Part shown: piece by piece, positions 1 through 9,554 of the stretch
Layout of the letters: each line of letters starts with the position of its first letter
Numbering within the stretch: the stretch's first letter is position 1
NCBI GenBank assembly: GCA_007121455.1
Contig: SKKN01000014.1
Coordinates: forward strand, 20,653-84,652
Source: Gemmatimonadota bacterium
Lineage (GTDB): Bacteria > Gemmatimonadota > Gemmatimonadetes > Longimicrobiales > Gaopeijiaceae
Reading direction: 5' to 3'
DNA length: 64,000 bases
Translations under genes and position numbers: made by a program
The notes under the pieces: model-generated
What the model was told of the DNA's origin: nothing
Database searches by the model: none
The model's input: only the letters and a program-made list of their open reading frames with translations

Positions 1-1777
1 CTCCGATGCTCCGTGCGGTGAGGGCGTGATCTCCGGTGATCATCTTCACCCGGATTCCCGCCCGCTTGCAGTCCGCTACGGATGTGATGGCCTCGCGGCG
101 GGGTGGATCGATGAGCCCGCACACTCCGAGAAGCGTGAAGCCCTGGCCCATGTCCTCGAGCGAGAGGGAATCCTGTTCGTCCGCGGCACGCCTGCGGGCG
201 ATTGCGAGCATGCGATGTCCTTCCTCCGCGACCTTCTCGGTCTGCTCCTTCCAGCGTTCACTGGCGAACTCGCCCGTCTCCTCCTTCGAATGCTCCTCCC
301 GGCACATCTCGAAGATCCGCTCCGGCGCCCCCTTCACGAAAATCCATCGCTGCCCATTTGGATCCTGGTGCAGGGTGGCCATGAACTGGTTCTCGGACTC
401 GAACGGGATCACGTCCAGGCGTGGGTAGGCTTTCAACTCGACTTCCCGGTTGAGGCCAACCTTTTCCGCAAAAACGACCACAGCGCCTTCGGTGGGGTCG
501 CCCTGGAGGATGCGCTCCCCGCTCTTCTCGTCACGGCTGAACTCGGCGTCGCTGCAGAGGAGACCGGCGCGCGCGACCTCTTCGAGGAGGGGGTGATCGC
601 CCAGCTCCACGGGCTCCCCATCGACCTGGACCTCCCCTTCCGGATCGTATCCCGTCCCCGTCACCTCGTAGCCCCGGTCCGAGGTCAGGATCCGGGCGGT
701 GGTCATCTCGTTTCGGGTCAGGGTCCCGGTCTTGTCCGAGCAGATCACCGTGACCGATCCCAGCGTTTCCACGGCGGGAAGATGTCGGATGATCGCGTTC
801 CGCTGAGCCATGCGCTGGACACCGAGCGCGAGCGTGATCGTCATGATCGCCGGCAGCCCCTCGGGGATGGCAGCGACGACGAAGCTCACGACGATCAGGA
901 AGAGCTCAGTGAGGGTGTAATCGCGGAAGAGCGCCCCGAAGGCGAAGAGACCGGCGGAGAGAATGACAATCGCTGCAGAGAGCCATTTCCCGAACGTCGA
1001 GATCTTCTCGAGCAGGGGCGTGGTCAGCTTTTCGACCCCACGGACCATCTCCCCGATCTTTCCGATCTCGGTGCGCACCCCCGTGGCGGTCACGATACCG
1101 CGGAGCTGTCCGCTTGCCACGAGCGTGCCGGAGTATGCGAGGGAGGTTCGGTCTGCGAGTGGCGTCTCCTCCGGCACCGGGGCCGGATCCTTGGTCACCG
1201 GCTCCGATTCACCCGTCAGGATGGCTTCTTCGATCCGGGCGTTTCTCGCCGCGAGCAGGCGCAGGTCCGCGGGGATGCGGTCACCGCTCCCCAGGAGGAC
1301 GATGTCTCCGGGGACCAGTTCTTCGGCATCGATCGACGCACGTCGGCCTTCCCGGAGCACCGTCGCTTCGGGGGAGAGCATCTGCCGGATTCCCTCGAGG
1401 GCCTCCTCTGCCTTTCCCTCCTGCACGAAGCCGATGATCGCGTTCACGAGGACGACGGCGAGGATCACGCCGGTGTCGATCCACTCTCCGAGGAAGGCCG
1501 TGAAGATGGCAGCGACCAGGAGTACGTAGATCAGGACGTTGTGAAACTGCTTGAGAAATCGAAAGAGGGCGCTCTCTCCTTCCTCCTCCGGAAGTCGGTT
1601 GGGCCCAAACCGTTCGCGCCGGGCTTCCACTTCCGCCGGATCGAGCCCTCGCTCCGGGTCGACCTCGAGCGCTTCGGCGGACTCCTCCACACTGCGCGCG
1701 TGCCAGGACTCCTCTTCGACGACCTCGACGGATGTGGCCTCTGGGGGAGAAGGCTTTGTCGTCCTGGTCATCGGCAT
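1..1777 (-). CDS. Cation-translocating P-type ATPase (type II, Ca2+/Mg2+-like). N-terminal ~592 codons only; the 3' end lies beyond the left edge of the window.
   Basis: Absent from the ORF track because its stop is off-window. Reading the reverse complement from the ATG at 1777 gives [10 protein letters not shown]...[21 protein letters not shown] (cation-ATPase N-terminus and TM1). In the same frame it gives [10 protein letters not shown] (Asp codon 736-734), the P-type phosphorylation motif. The listed 636-aa plus-strand ORF 26..1936 is its antisense shadow. Confidence 0.85.
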   Translation of the reverse strand, partial: MPMTRTTKPSPPEATSVEVVEEESWHARSVEESAEALEVDPERGLDPAEVEARRERFGPNRLPEEEGESALFRFLKQFHNVLIYVLLVAAIFTAFLGEWIDTGVILAVVLVNAIIGFVQEGKAEEALEGIRQMLSPEATVLREGRRASIDAEELVPGDIVLLGSGDRIPADLRLLAARNARIEEAILTGESEPVTKDPAPVPEETPLADRTSLAYSGTLVASGQLRGIVTATGVRTEIGKIGEMVRGVEKLTTPLLEKISTFGKWLSAAIVILSAGLFAFGALFRDYTLTELFLIVVSFVVAAIPEGLPAIMTITLALGVQRMAQRNAIIRHLPAVETLGSVTVICSDKTGTLTRNEMTTARILTSDRGYEVTGTGYDPEGEVQVDGEPVELGDHPLLEEVARAGLLCSDAEFSRDEKSGERILQGDPTEGAVVVFAEKVGLNREVELKAYPRLDVIPFESENQFMATLHQDPNGQRWIFVKGAPERIFEMCREEHSKEETGEFASERWKEQTEKVAEEGHRMLAIARRRAADEQDSLSLEDMGQGFTLLGVCGLIDPPRREAITSVADCKRAGIRVKMITGDHALTARSIG

Positions 1778-1878
1778 TCCGGCGAATGTGGCGTATCGCG
1801 TTTCATGGCCTCACTTGCGAGCAGGAACCATGCCCTCCGTGGGGAGCGTCGGTGGTGGTTGAGCGGGGTTCGTGAGGC

Positions 1879-3069
1879 TCAACTCACCGGTTCGAGGCGG
1901 ACCAGCGAGCCGTCCGATTCTCCGGTGAGCAGGTAGATGTGGCCGTCCGGCCCCTGCCGAACGTCGCGGATCCTGCCGAGCTCACCACGGAGCAGTTCCT
2001 CGAGGTGAACCAGTTCCCCGTTCTCGGTCACGAGACGGAGGATCCGCTGGGATCCCAGACCGCCCGCGAGCAGGTTGCCCTGCCATGCGTCCGCGAAGTC
2101 CGGCCCGTCGATCACTGCGAGGCCCGAGGGTGCGAGCGTGGGAAGGAACTCCCATACGGGATCGGTCAGACCGGGCATCTGCCGCGCTTCGCCCCAGGGC
2201 TCCTGTGTCCCATAGTTCCGGCCGAGGCTCACCACGGGCCACCCGTAATTCTCGCCCGCCCTGATCAGGTTGAGCTCGTCTCCGCCTCTGGGGCCGTGTT
2301 CCGTCGACCAGATCTCGCCGGTTTCGGGGTGCAGCGCGAGCCCCTGCGGGTTTCGGTGGCCGAAGGTGAAGATCTCCGGTGCAAAGTCCTCCTCGTCGAC
2401 GAAGGGGTTGTCGTTCGGGACCGTCCCATCATCATTCAGCCGCAGGATGCTCCCGGAGTGGTCTCGAGTGTCCTGGGCCCTCGCGGGCTCGGAGCCTCGA
2501 TCCCCGATCGACATGAGCAGGGTCCCGTCGTCGAGAAAGAGGATGCGCGATCCGTAGTGCCCCCCCGGTGGCACCCGTTCATTCGACGCGAAGAGCTCCT
2601 CCACGTCCGTGAGCTCGGTACCGTCGAGGCGAGCTCGGGTGAGGGTCGTCGCCGTTCCCTCTTCGTCACCCTTCGAGTACGTGAAGTAGATCCATCCGTT
2701 TTCGTCGTATTCCGGATGGAGCACCACGTCGAGGAGCCCACCCTGACGCTGCGCGTGAATCTCTGGAAGCCCCGCGACCTCGGCTCTTCCCTCCTCCGAG
2801 AGGATCTGCATCCGTCCCGCCCGCTCCGTGACCAGAAGGCGCCCGTCCGGTAGGAATGCGACGGCCCATGGCTGGTCCAACCCTCCGGCCAGTCGCACGA
2901 CCCTCAGGTCCTGATATTCGGACGACAGTTCCTCGTGGAGGACCTCCTCGACCGGCACACCCACCTCGATGGCGTCGGTGAATCCGCCGATACCATCGAC
3001 CGTCTCACATGCGGACGCGACGAGAGCCATTCCGAGGATCACCGTGGTGCTGCGTGCTGGATGTCGCAT
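1879..3069 (-). CDS. PQQ-dependent soluble sugar (aldose/sorbosone) dehydrogenase family protein, predicted lipoprotein
   Basis: 396-aa ORF with the family hallmark GHRNPQGLALHPETGEIWSTEHGPRGGDELNLIRAGENYGWP. The N-terminus MRHPARSTTVILGMALVASAC has a lipobox-like VASAC. Confidence 0.85.
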   Translation of the reverse strand: MRHPARSTTVILGMALVASACETVDGIGGFTDAIEVGVPVEEVLHEELSSEYQDLRVVRLAGGLDQPWAVAFLPDGRLLVTERAGRMQILSEEGRAEVAGLPEIHAQRQGGLLDVVLHPEYDENGWIYFTYSKGDEEGTATTLTRARLDGTELTDVEELFASNERVPPGGHYGSRILFLDDGTLLMSIGDRGSEPARAQDTRDHSGSILRLNDDGTVPNDNPFVDEEDFAPEIFTFGHRNPQGLALHPETGEIWSTEHGPRGGDELNLIRAGENYGWPVVSLGRNYGTQEPWGEARQMPGLTDPVWEFLPTLAPSGLAVIDGPDFADAWQGNLLAGGLGSQRILRLVTENGELVHLEELLRGELGRIRDVRQGPDGHIYLLTGESDGSLVRLEPVS

Positions 3070-3111
3070 CGTTCCTCTCTCGACTCGAGGGGTGGGACCG
3101 GAAGCGCGGCC

Positions 3112-4272
3112 TCAGTTCGTGGGTTCGATCCGATACACTGCACCATCGTCTTCGCCGGTGGCGAGGTAGATGTATCCGTCCGGGCCCATGCGGACATCCC
3201 GGATCCTGCCCAACTCCCCGACGAGAAGGTCCTCCGCATGGACCACGACCGCGTTCTCGGTCACGACGCGCACCACGCGCTCCGAGCGCAGCCCCCCCGC
3301 GAGGAGATTGCCCTGCCACTCTTCCGCGAAATCACCTCCGTCCACGACGGCGAGGCCGGACGGAGCGAGGGTCGGCAGGAATTCGAACATCGGATCCACC
3401 ATCCCCGGCCGGCTCCGCGCCTCCCCCCACGGCTCCTGGGTCCTGTAGTCACGCCCAAGGCTGACGACAGGCCACCCGTAATTCTCACCGGCCTCGATCA
3501 GATTGAGCTCGTCCCCGCCCCTGGGGCCATGCTCCGTGGCCCAGATCTCGCCCGTGCCAGGATGCTGAACGAGGCCCTGGATGTTCCGGTGACCATAGCT
3601 GAAGAGTTCCGGTGCGTATCCGTCCTGATTCACGAATGGGTTGTCGTCCGGAACCGAACCATCGTCGTTGAGGCGGACCAGGCTTCCGGAATGGTCCTCG
3701 ATATCCTGCGCCCGGTCCGGGTCCGCACCCCGGTCTCCGATGCTCACCAGGAGCGTGCCGTCGTCCAGAAAGAGGATCCGGGAGCCATAGTGCTGCCCAG
3801 GGGAAGTATGGGTGTTCGACTCGAAGACCTCCTCCAGATCGACGAGCTGCGAGCCCTCGAGCCGGGCTCTTGCGAGGGCGGGGACGGTGGCTTCGTCGTC
3901 GCCCTTCGAGTAGGTGAAGTAGATCCATCCATTTTCCTCGAAGTCCGGGTGGGGGACCACGTCGAGGAGGCCGCCCTGGTTCTGCACGTGCACCTCCGGG
4001 AGGCCGGTCACCTCGGTTCGTTCTCCGTCCGCTTCGATCAGTTGGACTCTGCCGGGCCGCTCCGTCACGAGGAGGCGTTCTCCGGGCAGGAACGCGATCG
4101 CCCACGGCTGTTCCAGCCCGTCGGCGATCTGCACGATCCGAAAGGACTGGTACTGGCTGGAGACGTCGTCCGCCACGACTTGCTGGGCTCCAAGGTGGGT
4201 TCCGGCGAGTGAAGTCGCGATGAGGCCGAAGAAGGCGAGAACCGAGGGAATACGGATGGCGCGTCTTTTCAT
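3112..4272 (-). CDS. PQQ-dependent soluble sugar dehydrogenase family protein, tandem paralog with a Sec-type signal peptide
   Basis: 386-aa ORF, collinear with and clearly similar along its whole length to 1879..3069 (GHRNIQGLVQHPGTGEIWATEHGPRGGDELNLIEAGENYGWP). The N-terminus is MKRRAIRIPSVLAFFGLIATSLAG. Confidence 0.85.
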   Translation of the reverse strand: MKRRAIRIPSVLAFFGLIATSLAGTHLGAQQVVADDVSSQYQSFRIVQIADGLEQPWAIAFLPGERLLVTERPGRVQLIEADGERTEVTGLPEVHVQNQGGLLDVVPHPDFEENGWIYFTYSKGDDEATVPALARARLEGSQLVDLEEVFESNTHTSPGQHYGSRILFLDDGTLLVSIGDRGADPDRAQDIEDHSGSLVRLNDDGSVPDDNPFVNQDGYAPELFSYGHRNIQGLVQHPGTGEIWATEHGPRGGDELNLIEAGENYGWPVVSLGRDYRTQEPWGEARSRPGMVDPMFEFLPTLAPSGLAVVDGGDFAEEWQGNLLAGGLRSERVVRVVTENAVVVHAEDLLVGELGRIRDVRMGPDGYIYLATGEDDGAVYRIEPTN

Positions 4273-4568
4273 GGACCTTCTCCTCTACATGTCGATGAGC
4301 GGATGCTCTCGGCGGGGAAGGACGCTGCACGCGCCGACACACGGGAGGCTCCCTTCCGCCGGGAAGCGATCAGCGACGAGTTGCCTTCCCGCTTACTATC
4401 GTAAGAAGGACCGCGTGAAGGCGCACCCCCCGGACCCTGCTTCCGGGGTGGGGAAGAAGGCCGCGTCGGTCGGACGCGCGGACCGATGAAGTCGCTCCGG
4501 GTTACACGGAGCGGGAGCCCGAAGATGGGATCCGCAGTTCGGGAACCTTCATGGGAGGGGGCGTCCTC

Positions 4569-5030
4569 ATGGGAATCGAGTTCGAGGTGAGCCGGGATTT
4601 TTCACAATCTCCCCGCGAGATCTTCGAGGTGCTCACCGATCTGGATCGGGCCACGGAGTGGGTACCCGGTCTCCTCGAGATCGAGCAGGTGGGAGAAGGT
4701 CCGTTCGGGCCGCAGACCCGGTGGATCGAGACGCGGAGCTTTCTGGGCAAGGAGGCCACCGAGGAGTTCGAGGTCACCTCCTTCGGCCCACCCGCCGTTC
4801 TGGTGATCCGAGCTCACGGCAATCGAGGTGGCTCGGCCCACGGGGAGTACGTCTTCCGGTATCGCCTCGTCCCGGAGGGCACGGGTACCAGGGTGACGTT
4901 GCGAGGCGAGGTGCGCGGGCTCCAGGGGCTCACGAAATGGCTGAGCCAACTCTTCGCGAGAACGTACAAAGAGGCTCGCACGCGAGACCTCGACGCTTTG
5001 GCGGAATACCTGGACGGGCCTCCTACCTGA
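4569..5030 (+). CDS. SRPBCC (START/polyketide-cyclase-like) family protein
   Basis: Track ORF 4551..5030. I prefer the second ATG (MGIEFEVSRDF...) because GGGAGGGGG lies just upstream. Size and sequence pattern fit the SRPBCC fold at family level only. Confidence 0.6.
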   Translation: MGIEFEVSRDFSQSPREIFEVLTDLDRATEWVPGLLEIEQVGEGPFGPQTRWIETRSFLGKEATEEFEVTSFGPPAVLVIRAHGNRGGSAHGEYVFRYRLVPEGTGTRVTLRGEVRGLQGLTKWLSQLFARTYKEARTRDLDALAEYLDGPPT

Positions 5031-5032
5031 TC

Positions 5033-7252
5033 TCAGCGCGATCCCTCCGTCGCTGTCCCCCCCACGTCCCACCGCTCGAACCATTCGAGAATCCGGGCCA
5101 GCCGCTCGACCAGGTTGACGGGTGTGCCCGTTCGCGAGAGGCCATGCCCCTCCCCCTGGAAGACGACCATCTCCGTCGGTATCTCGAGGGCTTTCAGGGC
5201 GTAGTACCATTCCTCCCCCTGACCGATCGGCGTGATTGCATCCCGGTCGGAGTGGATCACCAGGGTGGGGGTCCGCACCTGGTCCGCATGTGCGAGGGGT
5301 GAGCGCTCCCAGTAGTGATCGAAGTTTTCCCAGATCGTCCCTCCGAACTCCTCCATCATCCGTCGAGGGGGATACTGCTGCGTACCGGCTTCGGAGATCC
5401 AGTTGCTGACCATCCTCTGTGTGACGGCCGCGCGGAAGCGATCCGTCCGCGCCGTCAGCCAGCCGGCGAGAAACCCGCCATGGCTACCGCCCGTCACGAA
5501 GAGTCGTTCCTCGTCGATCCATGTATGCCGTGCAAGGAGGGAGTCGACTGCGGTCAGATTGTCGCGGGCGTCGGCTCCACCGTAATCGAGACGCACCGCC
5601 GCCTGGTGGGCGTGACCGTAGCCGGTGCTCCCCCGGTAGTTCACGAAGGCCACGGCGTATCCAGCTCCTGCCATCATCTGGAACTCGTGAAACCACTGAC
5701 GGCCCCACATCCCGCTCGGGCCACCCTTGATGTTCAGGATCATGGGGTACGTCCGGCTCTCGTCCCACCGGACCGGGCGGAGGAGGAAGCCCTGCACCTC
5801 GCTCCCCTCCTCGGTCCGGAACCGGAACTCTTCGAGGGAACCCAGCTCCAGGGCGTTCAGGAGCGTGTCGTTCAGCTTCGTGAGGCGTCGGGGTTCCCCG
5901 CCTTCCGCCGCTACCCAGACCTCGGGGAGGTTCCGCTCGTCCTCGAGGATGAATGCTACGCTCCCTCCATCCGAGGAGTACGAGAAGCCGGCGACGGATC
6001 CATGAGTCCCCTGAGTGATCGTTGCGGAGCCAGGCTCTCCCCAGCCCTCCCCCCATTCGAGCTCGTCGGGAAGCGGAGCCGAGGTCGATGCGTCATCGGC
6101 ATCGCGGTAGACGGGCAGGCGGAAGAGCGGCCTCGACCCTCGGAAATCGGAGGTGAAGTGGAGCGCATCACCCGACGGGCTCCACGAGACGCCTCCGAAG
6201 TCGAGGTCAACATCTGCAGTCAGCACCTCGGGGGATCCTCCGGTCGCGGGAATTCGATGGAGCTCCGTGGGCTCGAACCGTCCTCCGGAGTGACGATAGG
6301 CGATCCAACGTCCGTCGGGGGACCAGAGGGGGGCCTCTGCTCTCCCGGGCGGAGTCTCCAGGAGCCTCGGCTCTCCCCCTTCGTACGGTACGAGCCAGAG
6401 GTCCTGGTTGAAGCCGCCGTCGTACTCCTCCCCCGTCCGGTCCGAATGGAACGCGACCCAGCGGCCGTCCGGAGAGATGTCCGGCCCTCGGTCGTTCCAG
6501 TCGGAGGACCCCTCCGTGAGCCGGCGGAGCGAGCCGCGCTCCCCTGGGCCCCGGTCGCGGAGCTCGAGGACCCAGAGGCTCTGCCGTTGCTCATCGAGAT
6601 ATCCCGCTCCATCGGACTTGTAGATCGCGTCCCGGATCACCACGACATCGGGTTCTGGGCCGTGCCCCTCGTCCGGTGCGCGTTCGGTGGGGTCCTCGAC
6701 CTCCGGCTCGAGGTCGAGCGCGAGCAGGAGCGAACGCCCGTCGGGAGCCCACACGAAGGTGGAGATGCTTCCGCGCTCGAGCTCCGTGACCGGATACGAC
6801 TCCCCTCCATCGGTGTGGATGATGTGTAGCTGGGTTCTCTCATCCCGCTGGGAGAGGAAGGCAACGCGGGAGCCGTCGGGGGACCAGCGAGGAGACCGGT
6901 CACGGTCGCCGCTCGTGAAGGGCCTCGGCGCTTTGCTTCCATCCGCGGCGGCAATCCAGAGGGACGAGTCCCGGTTCCGCCGGTCGTCGGAGATGGACGT
7001 CACCTGGAACAGGATGCGGCTTCCGTCGGGCGAGATCCGGGGATCACCGGAAAAGCGGAACGCGTGGTAGTCCTCCGGTGCCATGGCCCGGCGAGTCGTA
7101 TCGGGTTGCGCAGCCGGAGTCGGATGCGTGAGCGCCGAGAGGAGGCCGCCTCCCTGCGCGGCGCCGACCGGGGGCACGGCAGCACCGGAAAGAGCGAGCA
7201 CGAGCAGAATGAAGGGTGCGCAACGAAGGGGGCGAGGAGGTGCGTAGTTCAT
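5033..7252 (-). CDS. S9 family serine peptidase (prolyl oligopeptidase/acylaminoacyl-peptidase type) with an N-terminal beta-propeller; exported
   Basis: 739 aa with a signal peptide. It has repeated propeller motifs (SPDGSRILF, SPDGSRVAF, SPDGRWVAF, SPDGRWIAY) and a C-terminal alpha/beta hydrolase with nucleophile motif GGSHGG. Confidence 0.85.
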   Translation of the reverse strand: MNYAPPRPLRCAPFILLVLALSGAAVPPVGAAQGGGLLSALTHPTPAAQPDTTRRAMAPEDYHAFRFSGDPRISPDGSRILFQVTSISDDRRNRDSSLWIAAADGSKAPRPFTSGDRDRSPRWSPDGSRVAFLSQRDERTQLHIIHTDGGESYPVTELERGSISTFVWAPDGRSLLLALDLEPEVEDPTERAPDEGHGPEPDVVVIRDAIYKSDGAGYLDEQRQSLWVLELRDRGPGERGSLRRLTEGSSDWNDRGPDISPDGRWVAFHSDRTGEEYDGGFNQDLWLVPYEGGEPRLLETPPGRAEAPLWSPDGRWIAYRHSGGRFEPTELHRIPATGGSPEVLTADVDLDFGGVSWSPSGDALHFTSDFRGSRPLFRLPVYRDADDASTSAPLPDELEWGEGWGEPGSATITQGTHGSVAGFSYSSDGGSVAFILEDERNLPEVWVAAEGGEPRRLTKLNDTLLNALELGSLEEFRFRTEEGSEVQGFLLRPVRWDESRTYPMILNIKGGPSGMWGRQWFHEFQMMAGAGYAVAFVNYRGSTGYGHAHQAAVRLDYGGADARDNLTAVDSLLARHTWIDEERLFVTGGSHGGFLAGWLTARTDRFRAAVTQRMVSNWISEAGTQQYPPRRMMEEFGGTIWENFDHYWERSPLAHADQVRTPTLVIHSDRDAITPIGQGEEWYYALKALEIPTEMVVFQGEGHGLSRTGTPVNLVERLARILEWFERWDVGGTATEGSR

Positions 7253-7387
7253 CGATCGGGCTCAGGGGTGCGGGGAATGGGGCGCAGTCCGGAAGGAGCG
7301 CATCTCGTTCGGTGTGCCGTCCCTCAGGCTTCCCCGCGCTTCGTCAGTGAGGAGGCCGGCCCCGCGATGGAGGATGGCCCCGAGGTG

Positions 7388-9139
7388 TCAGAAGAGCGCA
7401 CGCACCATGAATGTCAGGAGCGTGACGAGGAGAACGACCATCATCAGCGTCATGGAGCCGCGCAGCGCTGCGGATTCCGTGCCGGGATAAGCCTGGCCCG
7501 CTGCAGGTGGAGTCGGCAAGAGTCGGCCGAAACGTCGGCGAAGCCAGCCGGCAGGGTCCTGCCCCACCCGCGCCACCGCGCCGGCCGCCTCCCACGAGAA
7601 GCGCTCCCACCAGGCGAAGAAGCGGACGACGGGGAGGACCGTCCAGTTCCACGCCAGACCGCCCGAGGTCCGGTAGATGAAATCCGTGTCGAGCTGGACT
7701 TTCGGCTTGGGCCGGAGGCGTGCGACGATGAAGAAGAAGGCAAGGGCCGTGAACAACAGGAGCTGGAACCCCTTCTTCAGGTAGGGCAGGTCGTAGGGGG
7801 CGAACTCCACAGGTCCGGCCGGCAGGATCGCGTAGAGCGGATCCGGCCACACGCCGAGGAGGATGTTCAGGCCCGCCCCGACTCCCATTGCCGCGTAGAT
7901 GTTCCATGGGAGCGGCTTCACCTTCACGGGGCGCGCGGGCTCGTCACCGAACCATGTGAAGTAGGGGACCTTGAGACCCACGGAGAGGAAGGTGCCGACC
8001 GACGCGAGGTGAAGGAGGAGGACGACGCTCGTGAGGTCCGCGTATTCGGCCGCTACGATCGTCATCGGCTTCGAGATGAAGCCGGAGAAGAAAGGGGCCG
8101 AGGAGATCGAAAGTGCGGCCACCATGTAGAACCAGAAGACCGCGGGCATGCTCCGGAAGAGCCCTCCCAACTCCGTCATCCGGCTACGACCGGTGGCGTA
8201 GATCACCGCCCCCGTAGCCATGAAGAGGAGGCCCTTGTACAGGATGTGGGTGTAGGCGTGGGAGGTGGCGCCATTCAACGCCAATGCGGTCCCCACACCG
8301 ATGCCGGCGACCATGAAGCCGACCTGGCTCACGATGTGGTAGGCGAGCACTCTGCGGATGTCGTTCACGAGGATCGCGTAGAGCACACCGTAGATCGCCA
8401 TCAGCACGCCCGCCCAGATCAGGACGTCCCAACCGGAAAACCCGCGGGCCAGCGTGTAGACTGCCGTCTTCGTGGTGAAGGCCGAGAGGAAGACGCTTCC
8501 GGTGATCGTGCCCCGCGGGTACGCGTCCGCGATCCAGGCGTGCAGGGGAACCACCGCCGCATTCACGGCGAAGCCCGCCAGGATGAGCCACGCCGCGCCG
8601 GTCGCTTCGAACTGGGTGAACGCGATCGATCCGGTCTCCGAAAGGTGCCACAACACCCCGCCCAGGAGCAGGCTTCCTCCAAAGAGGTGGACGAAGAGGT
8701 ACCGCATCGCCGAGCCGTACGACTCGCGGGTTCGCCGGGCCCAGACGAGGTAGGCCGCGGCGAAAGCCATGATCTCCCAGAAGAGGAAGAGGGTGAAGAG
8801 GTCTCCTGCGAAGACCGCTCCGAGCCCGCTGCCCGCGTATAGGAGAGCGCTCACCTGCTGGCCGGTGTCCCTGAGGTGGAGGGCGTACACCCCCGCAATG
8901 AGCGCCACCAGAGCGAAGATCCATCCGAAGACCATCGCCAGGGGGTCGACGTGGAGCGGGATCAGCTCGTAGGTGGCAAACGACCAGGTCGCCTGAGTTC
9001 CGTGCTCGAGCCCCGAGAGATGCAGAAGCACGAGGACCGGAGGCGCGAGGAATGCCCACGACCGGAAGGCACGCGGCACGAGAGGAAGAAGAAGGCCCCC
9101 GAGGATCAGGATCAGGCCAGGAGGAAATGCACCGAACAT
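7388..9139 (-). CDS. mrpD: Mrp/complex-I antiporter-like subunit (MrpD/NuoM type) with a ~130-aa C-terminal extension
   Basis: 583 aa, polytopic. It carries the proton-antiporter membrane-subunit core (LFLFWEIMAFAAAYLV, PLHAWIADAYPRGTITGSVFLSAF, YHIVSQVGFMV) plus an extra C-terminal TM, amphipathic stretch and final TM. Confidence 0.8.
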   Translation of the reverse strand: MFGAFPPGLILILGGLLLPLVPRAFRSWAFLAPPVLVLLHLSGLEHGTQATWSFATYELIPLHVDPLAMVFGWIFALVALIAGVYALHLRDTGQQVSALLYAGSGLGAVFAGDLFTLFLFWEIMAFAAAYLVWARRTRESYGSAMRYLFVHLFGGSLLLGGVLWHLSETGSIAFTQFEATGAAWLILAGFAVNAAVVPLHAWIADAYPRGTITGSVFLSAFTTKTAVYTLARGFSGWDVLIWAGVLMAIYGVLYAILVNDIRRVLAYHIVSQVGFMVAGIGVGTALALNGATSHAYTHILYKGLLFMATGAVIYATGRSRMTELGGLFRSMPAVFWFYMVAALSISSAPFFSGFISKPMTIVAAEYADLTSVVLLLHLASVGTFLSVGLKVPYFTWFGDEPARPVKVKPLPWNIYAAMGVGAGLNILLGVWPDPLYAILPAGPVEFAPYDLPYLKKGFQLLLFTALAFFFIVARLRPKPKVQLDTDFIYRTSGGLAWNWTVLPVVRFFAWWERFSWEAAGAVARVGQDPAGWLRRRFGRLLPTPPAAGQAYPGTESAALRGSMTLMMVVLLVTLLTFMVRALF

Positions 9140-9142
9140 GGC

Positions 9143-9478
9143 TCAGGCCCCCCCTCGGCGCGGTCGCGGTCCCGGATCACCGGATCCCGCACTCGGACTC
9201 GAGCGACCCCCGGACTCCGGTCCGGCGGCCGCCGGGCTCTCGGTCGTCCAGTCGTATTCGGCGTCTTCAGGACCGTAGAAGTCCTCGCTGCGATCGAGTA
9301 CCGGGCTCATCACCCCCTTCGCCATGAAGGAGAGGAGAAGACAACCCAGGATTCCGGCCAGGGCATAGAAGGCCGGATAATCCCATACGTGGATCGGCGC
9401 CGGCCTCGCCGGAAACTCGAGCAGCAGGGAACCCACCAAAGCGATACCGAGGACAACTTTCCCAACCGTCGATTTCAT
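9143..9478 (-). CDS. Small two-TM membrane protein of unknown family with a Pro/Gly/Ser-rich tail
   Basis: 111-aa ORF starting 4 nt downstream... placed 4 nt upstream of the next antiporter-like gene. It has two hydrophobic spans (VVLGIALVGSLLL, FYALAGILGCLLLSFMA). I recognise no family. Confidence 0.6.
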   Translation of the reverse strand: MKSTVGKVVLGIALVGSLLLEFPARPAPIHVWDYPAFYALAGILGCLLLSFMAKGVMSPVLDRSEDFYGPEDAEYDWTTESPAAAGPESGGRSSPSAGSGDPGPRPRRGGA

Positions 9479-9554
9479 CGCGCCCTCCTCCTCACTCCAT
9501 CCCGAGCATTCGTCCTCGTGTTCGCCTCACGGCCCCTGTGAACCGGTACCGTCC

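Noticed and set aside
26-1936. A 636-aa plus-strand ORF at the left edge.
   Set aside because: The opposite strand encodes a P-type ATPase with the DKTGTLT motif in frame with a sensible N-terminus (ATG 1777). The plus-strand product has no recognisable motifs and shadow-type composition.
4273-4568. Small dyads (CTTAC-TATC-GTAAG, GCTCCG-7nt-CGGAGC, CCCGAA-14nt-TTCGGG) in the divergent spacer between the PQQ dehydrogenase and the SRPBCC gene. I considered an operator or riboswitch.
   Set aside because: The stems are short (5-6 bp), of a kind expected by chance in GC-rich DNA, with no repeated motif or recognisable riboswitch core. They are not reportable as features.
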